Numbered from the stretch's first letter, positions 29,550 through 40,400 are shown. The stretch is DNA of 64,000 nt from an uncultured bacterium (GCA_964498725.1 CAZCHS010000006.1:1968-65967); one strand, 5' to 3'. Program-made: numbers and translations. The notes: generated from the sequence alone by a model not told the origin.

Positions 29550-30893
29550 TTATTTTCCGCTAATGGTCATTTTGGATATTTTAAAGGTTGGCGCGTTGGT
29601 ACTGCCGCGGAATTTCAGATCATTGCCAATCATTTCAATATTTTTCATCATATCTTTCATGTTGGAAGCCACCGTAAATTCCTGCACCGGCTGATCCAGT
29701 TTACCCTCTTTGATCCAGACTCCTTCCGCGCCACGGGAATAATCGCCGGTAATATAGTTGATACCGGTCCAGTGGACATTGGTCAGATAGAGGCCGTTTT
29801 TCACTGATTTAATGATCTCTTCCGGAGTGTATTCTCCGTTTTTCATATAAAAATTACTGACAGCGGGCGATGGATTTGAGCTGACACCGCGGGAAGCATT
29901 ACCGGTTGATTTCATATCCAACTTTCGACCGGTATAGGTATCAGTCAGCCAGGTTTTCAATACACCATTGTCAATGACAACATTTTTCCGGCTGGGCAAC
30001 CCTTCATCATCAAATAAGCGTGAACCCAAACCATTTTTCATAAGGCCATCATCAACAATATTCAGTTCATCAACCGCAACCTTTTCATTCAGATTATCCA
30101 GCAAAAAGGATTGTTTGCGATAGATTGCGCTGCCCAGGATAACCGATGAGATAATGCTCAAAAAATCTCGTCCCACCTGAGGATCAAAAACCACCGGAAC
30201 AGATTGTGTTTCAGGCTTGATTGATCCCAGTTTTTGCAAAGTTCTTTTAGCCGCTGTTTCGGCAACTTCTTCGATGGAATCCAATTGCTCAAAAAATCGT
30301 TTATGGGTAGACCAGTAATTGGTCTGCTTAACGCCATTTTCTTTAGCCAGCAGACTCAAACTCAGTCCACAACTGGTGAACTTCTGCTCACCGTAAAATC
30401 CATTGGAATTGGCTAAAGCAAAGGTGGAAACCCGATCAGTCCAACTGGCCCCGTCGGAATTGACAATGCGCTTGTCAAAATCCATCCCGATGGTTTCCAT
30501 CTTCTTCACCAATTCGATTTTTCTCTCCGTGGGTATTTCCGGTATTTTTGCATCAAACAATTGGAGATCGACATTTGCCATTCCCTGCATTTCTTCCTCA
30601 GGTAACCCGGAAAATTCGTCACGACTGGTAATTTTTGCCATTTCAACGGTTTTTGAAATCAAATCATTAATTGATTTCTGACGGAAATCACTGGTTGAAG
30701 TGATTGCTTTTTTCTTATTTTTGAAGACTCTGATTCCCAGGCCTTTCGGACTGGCGGAACCGAGTTTTTCTATTTCTCCCAGGCGCAGGTTAACCTCATG
30801 GGTTGTGGAGTTTACAATCACCACATCCACTTCATCAGCACCTTCTTTTTTAGCCTGTTTAATGATATATTGAGTTAGTTTTTTTATTTCCAT
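29550..30893 (-). CDS. pmbA: TldE/PmbA family protein
   Basis: FDDEG, STGNASR, GDYSRGAEG; no HExxxH. Confidence 0.92.
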   Translation of the reverse strand: MEIKKLTQYIIKQAKKEGADEVDVVIVNSTTHEVNLRLGEIEKLGSASPKGLGIRVFKNKKKAITSTSDFRQKSINDLISKTVEMAKITSRDEFSGLPEEEMQGMANVDLQLFDAKIPEIPTERKIELVKKMETIGMDFDKRIVNSDGASWTDRVSTFALANSNGFYGEQKFTSCGLSLSLLAKENGVKQTNYWSTHKRFFEQLDSIEEVAETAAKRTLQKLGSIKPETQSVPVVFDPQVGRDFLSIISSVILGSAIYRKQSFLLDNLNEKVAVDELNIVDDGLMKNGLGSRLFDDEGLPSRKNVVIDNGVLKTWLTDTYTGRKLDMKSTGNASRGVSSNPSPAVSNFYMKNGEYTPEEIIKSVKNGLYLTNVHWTGINYITGDYSRGAEGVWIKEGKLDQPVQEFTVASNMKDMMKNIEMIGNDLKFRGSTNAPTFKISKMTISGK

Positions 30894-30905
30894 GATTCTC
30901 CCCTC

Positions 30906-32435
30906 TTATGAATTTGTTCCGCCAACAGTAATTTCACTGACTTTTGTGGTTGGAATACCAACACTTACAGGAACACGCTGGCCACTCTTACCGCAGGTCC
31001 AGGTGCCCGGTGAAAAAGTCGGATCATTGGCCACCATGGTAACTTTCCGCATGACATCAGGGCCATTACCGATCAGAGTGACATCTTTGAGTGGCGCTGT
31101 TAGTTTACCACCTTCGATCAGATAGGCTTCTGAAACGCCAAAAGTAAAATCACCTTTGGTAATGTCAACCTGTCCGCCACCGAAACGTTTGGCATAGACA
31201 CCGTATTTTACCGAACCGATCACTTCTTCCGGCGCGTATTTACCACCGCGCATATAAGTATTGGTCATGCGAGGCAGAGGTGGATGTTTGTAGGACTGAC
31301 GGCGTCCGTTACCGGTCAATTCCGCTTTCATGGCTTTGGAGGATATTTCATCATGCATATAGCCTTTTAGAATGCCCTTTTCAATCAGGGTTGTTTCTTT
31401 GGGCAAATTGGCTTCATCATCCACATTGATCGAACCACGCAGATCAGGATAGATACCACCGTCCACGATGGTACAATATTCTGAAGCAACTTTATTGCCT
31501 ACCTGCCCACTGTAATTGGAGAGGTCTTTTCTGTTAAAATCCGCTTCCAGCCCATGTCCCACAGCTTCATGAAGCAGCACACCGCTTTCACCGGGCCCCA
31601 GCACTATTGTCTGCGGGCCTGATGGCGCCGGTACAGCTTCCAGATTCTTAACAGCAATTTCAGCCGCTTCCCGGGCGATGATTTCAGGCGTATTATCAGG
31701 TCTGGCAAAAAGATCAAGACCTTCGCGTCCGGCCCTGGCAGAACCGGCGCCCTGACGCTTGTCACCGTCTTTGGTCACCACATAAGTCCGCATGATTGTC
31801 ATAGGCTGAATATCTTCAAAATATTTTCCTTTGGAATCAAAATACATGATATGCTTCATTTCATCGGATAGGGTTACATATGTTTTGACCACTTTGGGAT
31901 CAAATTCCTTTGCTGTTGTATTTGATCGTTCAATCAATTTCAATTTTTTCTGCAGGTCAGCATCCACAGCCAAATTTGTCGTCATGTAAAGGTCCTTTTT
32001 CGGGACGGGATTAATGCCGGCGACTTTGACTTTGCCCGGATTTTTAGCGATGAATGAAGCGGTTTTGGCGGCTTCTGCCATTTTTCCATAGGACAGGTCA
32101 TCAGTATGCGCATATCCGATCTGGTCACCTTTGATCACTCTCACTCCCATACCCAGGGATATGCTGCGGGATACATCCTTGACAATATCTTCTTCCATTT
32201 GCAATGAAGATGAAATATTGTATTCAAAAAACAAGTCAGCATGTTCACCGCCATTGGACAGGGCGACTTGTACAAGTTTTTTCATATCTTCTTTAGAAAT
32301 TGTGAACACTTCTGGTAATACCACATTGGCTCCTTGTACTACTTTTTTGGAATCGCACTGTGACAGCCACATGGGAATAGTTGTTATTCCGGCAGTTACA
32401 GCGCTTCCGGTTTTAATGAATTCGCGTCTTTTCAT
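30906..32435 (-). CDS. tldD: TldD metalloprotease with Tat signal
   Basis: MKRREFIK twin-arginine motif, HEAVGHGLEAD, TGNGRRQSY, PRMTNT, TCGKSGQ. Confidence 0.93.
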   Translation of the reverse strand: MKRREFIKTGSAVTAGITTIPMWLSQCDSKKVVQGANVVLPEVFTISKEDMKKLVQVALSNGGEHADLFFEYNISSSLQMEEDIVKDVSRSISLGMGVRVIKGDQIGYAHTDDLSYGKMAEAAKTASFIAKNPGKVKVAGINPVPKKDLYMTTNLAVDADLQKKLKLIERSNTTAKEFDPKVVKTYVTLSDEMKHIMYFDSKGKYFEDIQPMTIMRTYVVTKDGDKRQGAGSARAGREGLDLFARPDNTPEIIAREAAEIAVKNLEAVPAPSGPQTIVLGPGESGVLLHEAVGHGLEADFNRKDLSNYSGQVGNKVASEYCTIVDGGIYPDLRGSINVDDEANLPKETTLIEKGILKGYMHDEISSKAMKAELTGNGRRQSYKHPPLPRMTNTYMRGGKYAPEEVIGSVKYGVYAKRFGGGQVDITKGDFTFGVSEAYLIEGGKLTAPLKDVTLIGNGPDVMRKVTMVANDPTFSPGTWTCGKSGQRVPVSVGIPTTKVSEITVGGTNS

Positions 32436-32658
32436 GGTCCCTCCTTTTAATTACGCTATATCACAATTTATGATGACAACTTTTAATTCCAAATAGTTGT
32501 CTATCAAATGCAATTATTTGTAATTAATGGTAGAATTCGGGCTTTTTGTGAAATATTATTGCAGATAAATCCATTTATTTTTGAATAGATTTTGATTTTC
32601 GTAACTTCTGCCGGATAATTTAGTTACTTTTTAAATCAATCGCTTATCGAGGGTATTA

Positions 32659-35067
32659 ATGAAACGAACGTTATTTTTTATGATTCTCTTATTTTGGTTC
32701 AATTTGCCGGCAAAATCTTTTGAAACCAAAGAATATGAACCCCAAAAATTCAATAAATCACCTAAAATAGACGGCATCATCAATGAACCATTATGGCAAC
32801 AAATCCCGGAACTGACCGGGTTTATTCAATATTATCCGCAGAATGGCAGCGCTCCCAAATATCAAACACGGGTAAAAATATTTTATTCCGACAATTCTAT
32901 TTTTGTTGCGGCGGAAATGCACGATGAATATCCCGATAGCATTAACCGTGAATTAGGCCCCAGAGACAGTTTTGAATCTGTGGAAGCGGACCTCTTTGCC
33001 ATTAATATTTCACCCTATAACGACGGAGTAAATTCCTATGGATTCATGGTGTCAGCTGCCGGAGTTCAATCAGATATTAATTTTATATCCAGCAGAGAAG
33101 ATAAAAACTGGGATGCGGTCTGGAACAGCGCTGTACAGATCCATGACAATGGCTGGTCAGTAGAAATCGAACTTCCCTATTCCGCCCTACGCTTCCCAAA
33201 ACAGGATAATCAAACCTGGGGCATTAATTTTTTCCGTATGATCAAGCGGGAAAATCAATGGTCCACCTGGAACTACCTGGATATCAACGATGATATCTGG
33301 TGGGCCAATATGGGACAATTGAAAAATCTGCGCGACATTGATCCGCCGCTGCGCCTCTCCTTTATTCCATATATTTCCTCTTATCTGGAACACAATACTG
33401 ATAATGAATGGGGAACCATTTACAATGGGGGCCTGGATTTAAAATACGGGATCAACGAGAGTTTTACCCTGGATATGACACTGATACCGGATTTTAAGCA
33501 GGCCCAATCGGATAATGTGGTGCTGAATCTCTCCCCTTTTGAAATTCAATATGATGAAAAACGACAATTTTTTATCGAGGGGATGGAACTGTTTAACAGA
33601 GGATCGATTTTTTACACCCGCCGTGTAGGCGGCAGTCCGGTTGGCCTTGGTGATGTGGAGAATACACTGAGTAATTCCGAGGTGATTACCAACAATCCCA
33701 CCAGTGCGCGGCTGATCAATTCCACAAAATTTTCCGGCCGTACAAAAGGGGGTTTAGGCATCGGGATTTTTAACGGATTGACCGATTACACCACCGCCAT
33801 AGTCAAAGATACACTGACAGGAGAAAAACGGGAAATCACGACCCAGGATATGACCAACTACAATATGGTGGTTCTGGATCAAACATTACCCAACAAATCC
33901 TATTTTAGTATCTCCAATACCAATGTCCTTCGTAAAAAATACTGGGCCGACGCCCTCTCCACAGAGTTTAAACTGAACTCCAAAAATATGCAATACAGCC
34001 TGGAAGGACTGGCGACATTTAGTAACAAGTTTTTTGAAGACTCAACCAATCACGGGCAACGCTATCGGTTTGAAGCCGGCAAGATGAGCGGCAAACTTCA
34101 GTATGAATATCAAATAAACCTGGAGACCGATACCTTTGATATCAATGACATGGGCTTTGTTCGACAAAATAATGAAATCGAAAATGAAATATCCCTGGAC
34201 TACAATATTTATCAGACATCAAAATATTTTATCGAACAACACTATTCCATTGAAGCCACCTATGTTGAACTTTACAAACCCAAAAAATTCAGGAATTTCC
34301 GAATCGACCAATCCTTCAGCGGTACTTTCAAAAACCTCAATCAATGGAGTTACCATGCCGCCTGGCAGCCGCAACCGGAACATGATTATTTTGAAGCCCG
34401 TGAAGAAAACCGCCTGTTTATAAAACCAGCCCTCTTACATATCTGTTCACGCTATTCTACCGCTCAAAAGCGCCGGTTTCGCTACACCATATTTGGTGGA
34501 TATAATTATTTTTACTCGGATTTTCACGATTATATTGGCTTCGGTCTGATGTTCTCGCCAAAATACCGGATCAATACCAAAGCCTCACTGGGTTATGAAA
34601 TATATTACTGGAACAATGGGAAAGAGCGTGGCTTTGTCGAAAAACCGGAGAGTACCGGTGAAATTATTTTTGGACAGCGAAGAACCACGGAAACCACTCA
34701 TACCGTCAATGCCAAATACACGCTAAATGAAAAATCCAATATCGACTTCCGGTTGCGCCATTATTATTCCAATGCCGATTATAATCAATATTTTACTTTG
34801 AAAGATAATGGTTATCTGAAAAACAATCCCAATTATGCGAAAAATGCTGATATCAATTACAATGCTTTTAATATCGATTTTGTTTATTCCTGGAATTTTG
34901 CGCCCGGGAGTTTTCTGAATATCGTCTGGAAAAATTCCATCTATCAGGATGGTGAACGCATCTATCATCGCTGGTATGATAATTTAGAAAATACCCTCCA
35001 ATCCTCTCAAACCAATAGTTTTTCCATGAAATTGCTCTACTATTTTGATTATGGTAAAATCCTGTGA
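32659..35067 (+). CDS. Exported CBM9-like / DUF5916 protein (probable outer-membrane barrel)
   Basis: Signal peptide, PKIDG..EPLW, WDAVW, PYSALRFP, LDMTLIPDF, EKRQFF. Confidence 0.8.
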   Translation: MKRTLFFMILLFWFNLPAKSFETKEYEPQKFNKSPKIDGIINEPLWQQIPELTGFIQYYPQNGSAPKYQTRVKIFYSDNSIFVAAEMHDEYPDSINRELGPRDSFESVEADLFAINISPYNDGVNSYGFMVSAAGVQSDINFISSREDKNWDAVWNSAVQIHDNGWSVEIELPYSALRFPKQDNQTWGINFFRMIKRENQWSTWNYLDINDDIWWANMGQLKNLRDIDPPLRLSFIPYISSYLEHNTDNEWGTIYNGGLDLKYGINESFTLDMTLIPDFKQAQSDNVVLNLSPFEIQYDEKRQFFIEGMELFNRGSIFYTRRVGGSPVGLGDVENTLSNSEVITNNPTSARLINSTKFSGRTKGGLGIGIFNGLTDYTTAIVKDTLTGEKREITTQDMTNYNMVVLDQTLPNKSYFSISNTNVLRKKYWADALSTEFKLNSKNMQYSLEGLATFSNKFFEDSTNHGQRYRFEAGKMSGKLQYEYQINLETDTFDINDMGFVRQNNEIENEISLDYNIYQTSKYFIEQHYSIEATYVELYKPKKFRNFRIDQSFSGTFKNLNQWSYHAAWQPQPEHDYFEAREENRLFIKPALLHICSRYSTAQKRRFRYTIFGGYNYFYSDFHDYIGFGLMFSPKYRINTKASLGYEIYYWNNGKERGFVEKPESTGEIIFGQRRTTETTHTVNAKYTLNEKSNIDFRLRHYYSNADYNQYFTLKDNGYLKNNPNYAKNADINYNAFNIDFVYSWNFAPGSFLNIVWKNSIYQDGERIYHRWYDNLENTLQSSQTNSFSMKLLYYFDYGKIL

Positions 35068-35147
35068 AAATTTTCACTGTTTTAATCAATATTTTTTTGT
35101 ATTTTTGCTGTTAAAATTGACACAATAAAATTGATAGGTGAGGTATT

Positions 35148-36602
35148 ATGAAAGAAATTAATCTGGACTTGAGTAATCTTAACGAAGTATTTCCAAAAGA
35201 ATTTAGCGAAGAACAAATCGCCAATGCAAAAACCTTGTTCTTAAAAAATCTGGCTGTACAGACCCATAAATTTTATGGCGGCAAAATACAAACCGCCCCA
35301 AAAGCCGGTGTCTACGGTTTTAATTGGTTTAATGTCTGGTACACACCGGGTGTATCTAAAATTTCCACAACCATTCGTGACAACAATGAAGCTTCTTTTG
35401 AACTTTCAAACCGCGGTAATACTGTTGGTGTTGTCAGTGATTCCACCCGCGTACTGGGCGATGGCGACGTAACCCCGCCGGGCGGTCTGGGCGTTATGGA
35501 AGGAAAATCCTTTCTTATGAAATACCTGGGCGGCGTGGATGCTTTTCCCCTTTGTATTGACAGCAAAAATGACAAGGGTGAAAACGATCCCCAAAAGATC
35601 ATTGATTTTGTCAAACAATGCCAACACAGTTTTGGCGCTATCAATCTGGAAGATATTTCTCAGCCCAATTGCTATAAGGTTCTCGACACGTTGCGTGAAG
35701 AATGCGACATTCCGGTTTGGCATGATGATGCCCAGGGAACAGCCTGTGTAATTTTAGCCGCCCTGATCAACGCCTTGAAATTGGCGGACAAAAAAATCGA
35801 AGCCAGCAAAATTATTTTGTACGGTGCCGGCGCGTCTAATTCCACCATGGCCCGCTTTCTCATCCAGTATGGCGCCGATCCCAAAAATATCATTTTATTC
35901 GACAGCAAAGGGCCTTTGCACAGCGACCGTGATAAATATAAAAATGATCCCCGCTTCTATCTCCAGTGGGAATTGTGTCAGCAAACAAATCCGGAAAAAA
36001 TTTCCGCCACTGAAGAAGCTTTTAAAGATGCCGATGTCCTCATTGCATTATCTAAACCCGGCCCGGATACCATCAAGCCGGAGTGGATTAAACTCATGGG
36101 AACAAAACCTATTGTATTCACCTGCGCTAACCCGGTACCGGAAATCTATCCCTATGCCGCCAAAGAAGCCGGCGCCTTCATTACTGCAACCGGCCGCGGT
36201 GATTTCCCCAACCAGGCCAACAATTCCCTGGGATTTCCCGGAATATTGAAAGGCGCCCTGACTGTTCGCGCCAAAAAAATCACCGATAATATGGCGATTC
36301 GCGCGGCAGAATCTTTGGCTGAATTCGCCGAGAAAAAAGGTATTTCCACCAATTATATTATTCCGACAATGGATGAATTTGAAGTTTTCCCCCATGAAGC
36401 GGCTGACGTGGCGATGCAGGCGATCAAAGATGGTGTGGCCCGTAAAGAACTGACCCGTGAAGAAGTCTATGAAATTGCCAAAAGAGATATTGAATACGCG
36501 CGAAATCTGGCCAGCAATATGCAGGAGTCCGATTTCATCAATAAACCCGATCAGTCTATTCTGAATGAAGCGCTCAGAAAAGCTATCAACGCAGTAAAAT
36601 AA
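35148..36602 (+). CDS. NAD(P)-dependent malic enzyme
   Basis: YTPGVS, VMEGK, INLEDI, WHDDAQGTA, GAGAS, ATGRGDFPNQ. Confidence 0.92.
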   Translation: MKEINLDLSNLNEVFPKEFSEEQIANAKTLFLKNLAVQTHKFYGGKIQTAPKAGVYGFNWFNVWYTPGVSKISTTIRDNNEASFELSNRGNTVGVVSDSTRVLGDGDVTPPGGLGVMEGKSFLMKYLGGVDAFPLCIDSKNDKGENDPQKIIDFVKQCQHSFGAINLEDISQPNCYKVLDTLREECDIPVWHDDAQGTACVILAALINALKLADKKIEASKIILYGAGASNSTMARFLIQYGADPKNIILFDSKGPLHSDRDKYKNDPRFYLQWELCQQTNPEKISATEEAFKDADVLIALSKPGPDTIKPEWIKLMGTKPIVFTCANPVPEIYPYAAKEAGAFITATGRGDFPNQANNSLGFPGILKGALTVRAKKITDNMAIRAAESLAEFAEKKGISTNYIIPTMDEFEVFPHEAADVAMQAIKDGVARKELTREEVYEIAKRDIEYARNLASNMQESDFINKPDQSILNEALRKAINAVK

Positions 36603-36610
36603 AGTCTGTT

Positions 36611-36646
36611 AATCAGCAGCATTATTTATTCTTAATGCTGCTGATT
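36611..36646 (+). terminator. Hairpin after malic enzyme
   Basis: AATCAGCAGCATTA...TAATGCTGCTGATT. Confidence 0.7.
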
Positions 36647-36761
36647 CTATTTATATCTTCCATATTTAAATAATTTCCCACAAAAACAATATAAGCTGAC
36701 AACTAAAACCAAACAGATTGGTCTATAGGTTAATTGTTTATTAACCGGAGGAGAAAAAATC

Positions 36762-37325
36762 ATGAAAAAATTAACCATCATCGCTTTAATCTTTTTAATG
36801 ACTGCTAGTCTGTCATTTGCACATGAAGAATCTTTTTGGGACAAAATTGAAGGATCACCATTTCAAATGAATGATAAAAAATATGAATTTAAAGATGATT
36901 ACATAAAAATTTTTGACAAAGATTATTCCAGAGACGATATTTATATTACTGACACCTATGATCTTTACATCAATAATAGAAAAATTAATCTGGACAGGCG
37001 GTCCCGCAGTTTAATCAAAAGCTATTATAAAGAGTTATTTGATATTCGTGAAAAAGCCATTGAAATTGGTATTGAAGGAGCAAAAATCGGACTTTCCGGT
37101 GCTAAACTTGGCCTGACAGCTGTCGTAAGTCTACCACTATTGCTGGTCGGTGGTTCTGATGAATATGAAGAAAGAATGGAGAGATCCGGAGAAGAACTGG
37201 AAAGAAAAGGAGAGCGACTGGAAAAACGTGGTGACAGGCTGGAAGAACAGGCTGAAGACCTTGAAAACATTGAATGGGAATTGAAAGAAAGAATAGCTGA
37301 GTTAGACCATATCGACTGGTTCTGA
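36762..37325 (+). CDS. Exported coiled-coil protein (YggN/DUF2884-like)
   Basis: Signal peptide, LYINNRKINL, IGIEGAKIG, C-terminal heptads. Confidence 0.7.
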   Translation: MKKLTIIALIFLMTASLSFAHEESFWDKIEGSPFQMNDKKYEFKDDYIKIFDKDYSRDDIYITDTYDLYINNRKINLDRRSRSLIKSYYKELFDIREKAIEIGIEGAKIGLSGAKLGLTAVVSLPLLLVGGSDEYEERMERSGEELERKGERLEKRGDRLEEQAEDLENIEWELKERIAELDHIDWF

Positions 37326-37348
37326 CCCGGCTATCTGATAATAGATTA

Positions 37349-37387
37349 GGAAGATGCATTTTCTACTGTGGCATCTTCCTTTTTTTG
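37349..37387 (+). terminator. Terminator between convergent genes
   Basis: GGAAGATGC...GCATCTTCC-T8. Confidence 0.75.
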
Positions 37388-37389
37388 TG

Positions 37390-38967
37390 TCAATTTTTTA
37401 TCACATCCTGAAATTCATCAACAACGGCGGCTCCGACGCTGTCCCCCCAAACATTCACAGTTGTGCGAAACCGGTCCAGAAGCCAATCCACAGTCAGAAT
37501 GATCCCAATACCCTCTACCGGCAGATTAACAGCCTTCAAAACAATGACCATTGTCACCAAACCCGCCTGGGGAATTCCCGCTGCTCCAATCGCGGCCAGT
37601 GTCGCAGTGAGGAAAATAATAACCTGCTGGGCAAAACTCAGATCAATACCATAAATTTGGGCAATAAACATCGCTGCCACCGCTTCATACAGCGCTGTTC
37701 CGTCCATGTTGATCGTCGCCCCAAGGGGCAGGACAAAGCCGGCTGTTTTGGCGGAAACACCATTATTTTTTTCCACACTAGCGATAGTCAGCGGAAGCGT
37801 GGCTGAACTGGAAGCTGAAGAAAAAGCATTCAGCAAGGGAGTAACCACACCTTTAAAGTATTCCCAGGGATTTTTTTTGGCAAGAATCAGCAGGATCAAT
37901 GGCAAAACAATGAACCCATGAATAGACAGACCGACGATTATAGTTAAACTGTATTTGCCTACTGCCAGCAATTCGGGAATAAAATTCTGAAAGCCGCCTT
38001 CACTGCCGATTTTCGATCCGATCAGGCCAAGAATACCAAAAGGGGCAATTTCCAGAATCCATCCGGTTAAAATCATGAAAGCATCATTCAGTGATTCAAA
38101 CAGTTCGGATAACATTTTCCCCTTCTCACCCATCACAGTAATGACACTGCCAAGGAGCAGGGAAAAAACAATCAGGGGCAAAATGTCCATATTGATCATA
38201 GCATTAAAAAGATTACGCGGAATCAGGCCCTCCTGTCCTGTTACTTTGTCGCCGACAAAGACTGTTCTTAAAGTGGAAAAAACATTGCCTTCATTTTGGG
38301 TGATTTCACTTTGGTAGTGCAGTGAAATTGCAATACCTTTTCCCTGTGTTTCTATTTTTGGCTCAGCAGATATCAATTTTTTTTCAGTAATTTTAAAGGG
38401 ATATTTATAATCATTATTGCTTTTTATGAAAAGAATATTTTCAGCATCTTCCGGAATCCAGTAGGAAACGATGATTTTATTATCCGCAATTCTGTCAATG
38501 ACACCAACAATCTCCTGATCCAGCAGGGTCACGGTATATTTTTCATCATAATCTTTTTTCTGCAATTGAGTCGATCCCAAATGAACCTCATGCGTGTTGT
38601 CCTGAATTATTTTATAAGTCGCCTCTTGATGAATTTCGCCGGTGATGACATTGCTTCCCGGTTTGATAATATTGACCAAAATCAAACCGATTGTAACAGA
38701 AATAGCTGTGGTAACTACGTAATAAATCATGGTGTTTTTGCCCAGGGAGCCTAATTTTCGGAAATTACCTATACCGGTAATGCCGGTAATAATGGAGAAC
38801 ATGACAATGGGTACAACGATCATCATTAAGGCATTAAGAAAGACATCGCCCAAAATTTCCAGATTAACTGCAAAATCAGGAAAAAATCCACCTAAAATCA
38901 CACCAATGACAATACCTATAATAATTTCAATCAAGATTCGATTGTGAGCATTTTTTTTACGACTCAT
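37390..38967 (-). CDS. Dicarboxylate/amino acid:cation symporter (DAACS/SLC1)
   Basis: AFSSASSSATLP, GATINMDGTALYE, DRFRTTVNVWGD. Confidence 0.93.
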   Translation of the reverse strand: MSRKKNAHNRILIEIIIGIVIGVILGGFFPDFAVNLEILGDVFLNALMMIVVPIVMFSIITGITGIGNFRKLGSLGKNTMIYYVVTTAISVTIGLILVNIIKPGSNVITGEIHQEATYKIIQDNTHEVHLGSTQLQKKDYDEKYTVTLLDQEIVGVIDRIADNKIIVSYWIPEDAENILFIKSNNDYKYPFKITEKKLISAEPKIETQGKGIAISLHYQSEITQNEGNVFSTLRTVFVGDKVTGQEGLIPRNLFNAMINMDILPLIVFSLLLGSVITVMGEKGKMLSELFESLNDAFMILTGWILEIAPFGILGLIGSKIGSEGGFQNFIPELLAVGKYSLTIIVGLSIHGFIVLPLILLILAKKNPWEYFKGVVTPLLNAFSSASSSATLPLTIASVEKNNGVSAKTAGFVLPLGATINMDGTALYEAVAAMFIAQIYGIDLSFAQQVIIFLTATLAAIGAAGIPQAGLVTMVIVLKAVNLPVEGIGIILTVDWLLDRFRTTVNVWGDSVGAAVVDEFQDVIKN

Positions 38968-39096
38968 TGATAACCTCTTATTTATGTGCCTGATTAATAA
39001 AATTAAAAATAGTAAAAACTGAGGTAAAATAAAAATATGGCAAGACTATTTAATTTTATTTATATTTCGCTCCTAAACAAATAAGAAGGGAGACAT

Positions 39097-39645
39097 ATGG
39101 AATTTTTAAATAAAAATAATACCGCCCTGGTTTTGATCGATGTCCAGGAAAAACTTTTCCCCCATATCGCGGAACATGAATTATTACTGGAAAATCTAAC
39201 AAAAATGATCAAAGGCGCGAAAGTTCTCGATATTCCCATCATTGTTACCGAGCAATACCGCAAAGGGTTGGGGCCCACCTTACCACAATTAACCGCTTTG
39301 CTTGATGATTATAATCCCCTCGAAAAAAATAGCTTTTCCTGTTGCGGAGAAAAAAGTTTTACCGAGGAATTAGCCAAACTTGATCGCAATCAGTTACTGG
39401 TTTGTGGGATTGAAACCCATATTTGTGTTTACCAAACCTGCCGGGAACTGGACAACAGCGGATATTATGTACACTTGGTAACAGACTGCGTGAGCAGCAG
39501 GGATTTAAAAAATAAAAAAATCGCCATTAATAAATTACACAATGAACGTAATATTTTCATAACCAGCAGTGAAATGGCGCTTTTTGAAATTTTGAAATTC
39601 GCCGGTAGTGAAGAATTCAAAGAAATATCAAAAATAATTAAATAA
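39097..39645 (+). CDS. Isochorismatase-family hydrolase
   Basis: IDVQEKL, TEQY..GLG, GIETHICVYQT. Confidence 0.92.
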   Translation: MEFLNKNNTALVLIDVQEKLFPHIAEHELLLENLTKMIKGAKVLDIPIIVTEQYRKGLGPTLPQLTALLDDYNPLEKNSFSCCGEKSFTEELAKLDRNQLLVCGIETHICVYQTCRELDNSGYYVHLVTDCVSSRDLKNKKIAINKLHNERNIFITSSEMALFEILKFAGSEEFKEISKIIK

Positions 39646-39680
39646 AAGCAGCCTGCCAATTGCTCAGCAGGCTAAAAAAT

Positions 39681-40142
39681 TTAGTCGTCATCTTCCGCAA
39701 TTGCCATTTTCAATGTGCCGGTGAAATCGTCAAACTCCAAAATCACCTGTTCAGGATAATCATCTAGTGTTATGACTTCACTATAAATGATATTGCTGGT
39801 AATTTCTTTTGAGAACAGTTCCTCATTATAGTCACTTTTAATTTTTATATCACAACTGCCCTCACGATGATTTTCCAAATTAATGGCTATTACAATATTC
39901 TCAGTATTAAACTGCACAGTCTCACTGGATGTGCCGCTAAAATCATCGCCCTTTAATCCAAAGGAAAAACTCCCGTTTTCCTTTACAATTCTGGGTGAAT
40001 TTTCATTTTCAATCGTAATGTCGATGATCTTATCATTATCAACAGAGAGAATACTATCTTCAGTCTCACAGGAAAAAAGTCCTAATTGGAGAATAACTCC
40101 CAACAAAATCATTACTTTCTTATGCATATCTTTTCCTTTCAT
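39681..40142 (-). CDS. Hypothetical lipoprotein
   Basis: LFSC lipobox, acidic beta-rich mature part. Confidence 0.7.
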   Translation of the reverse strand: MKGKDMHKKVMILLGVILQLGLFSCETEDSILSVDNDKIIDITIENENSPRIVKENGSFSFGLKGDDFSGTSSETVQFNTENIVIAINLENHREGSCDIKIKSDYNEELFSKEITSNIIYSEVITLDDYPEQVILEFDDFTGTLKMAIAEDDD

Positions 40143-40400
40143 GTTTCTTTTAATTTTAACAGAAGTTAAATGATTTTTAAAAGTTAATCAGTGATTCAAA
40201 TCATTTGGAAGCCACTGATTCGAACAGCGTTAAATGTTTAATTTAAAATAGTTTAAGTCAATTCCAAGCACTCCAAAAGATAAAATATTTTTTTATTTCT
40301 GAAATAGTTTTAAATTGCCAAATAGTGCCTTTTGGCGCTCAATTTTACTGTTAATATTTGAAAAATATTTAATTACAACATTAAAAGGGAATTTATAAAT

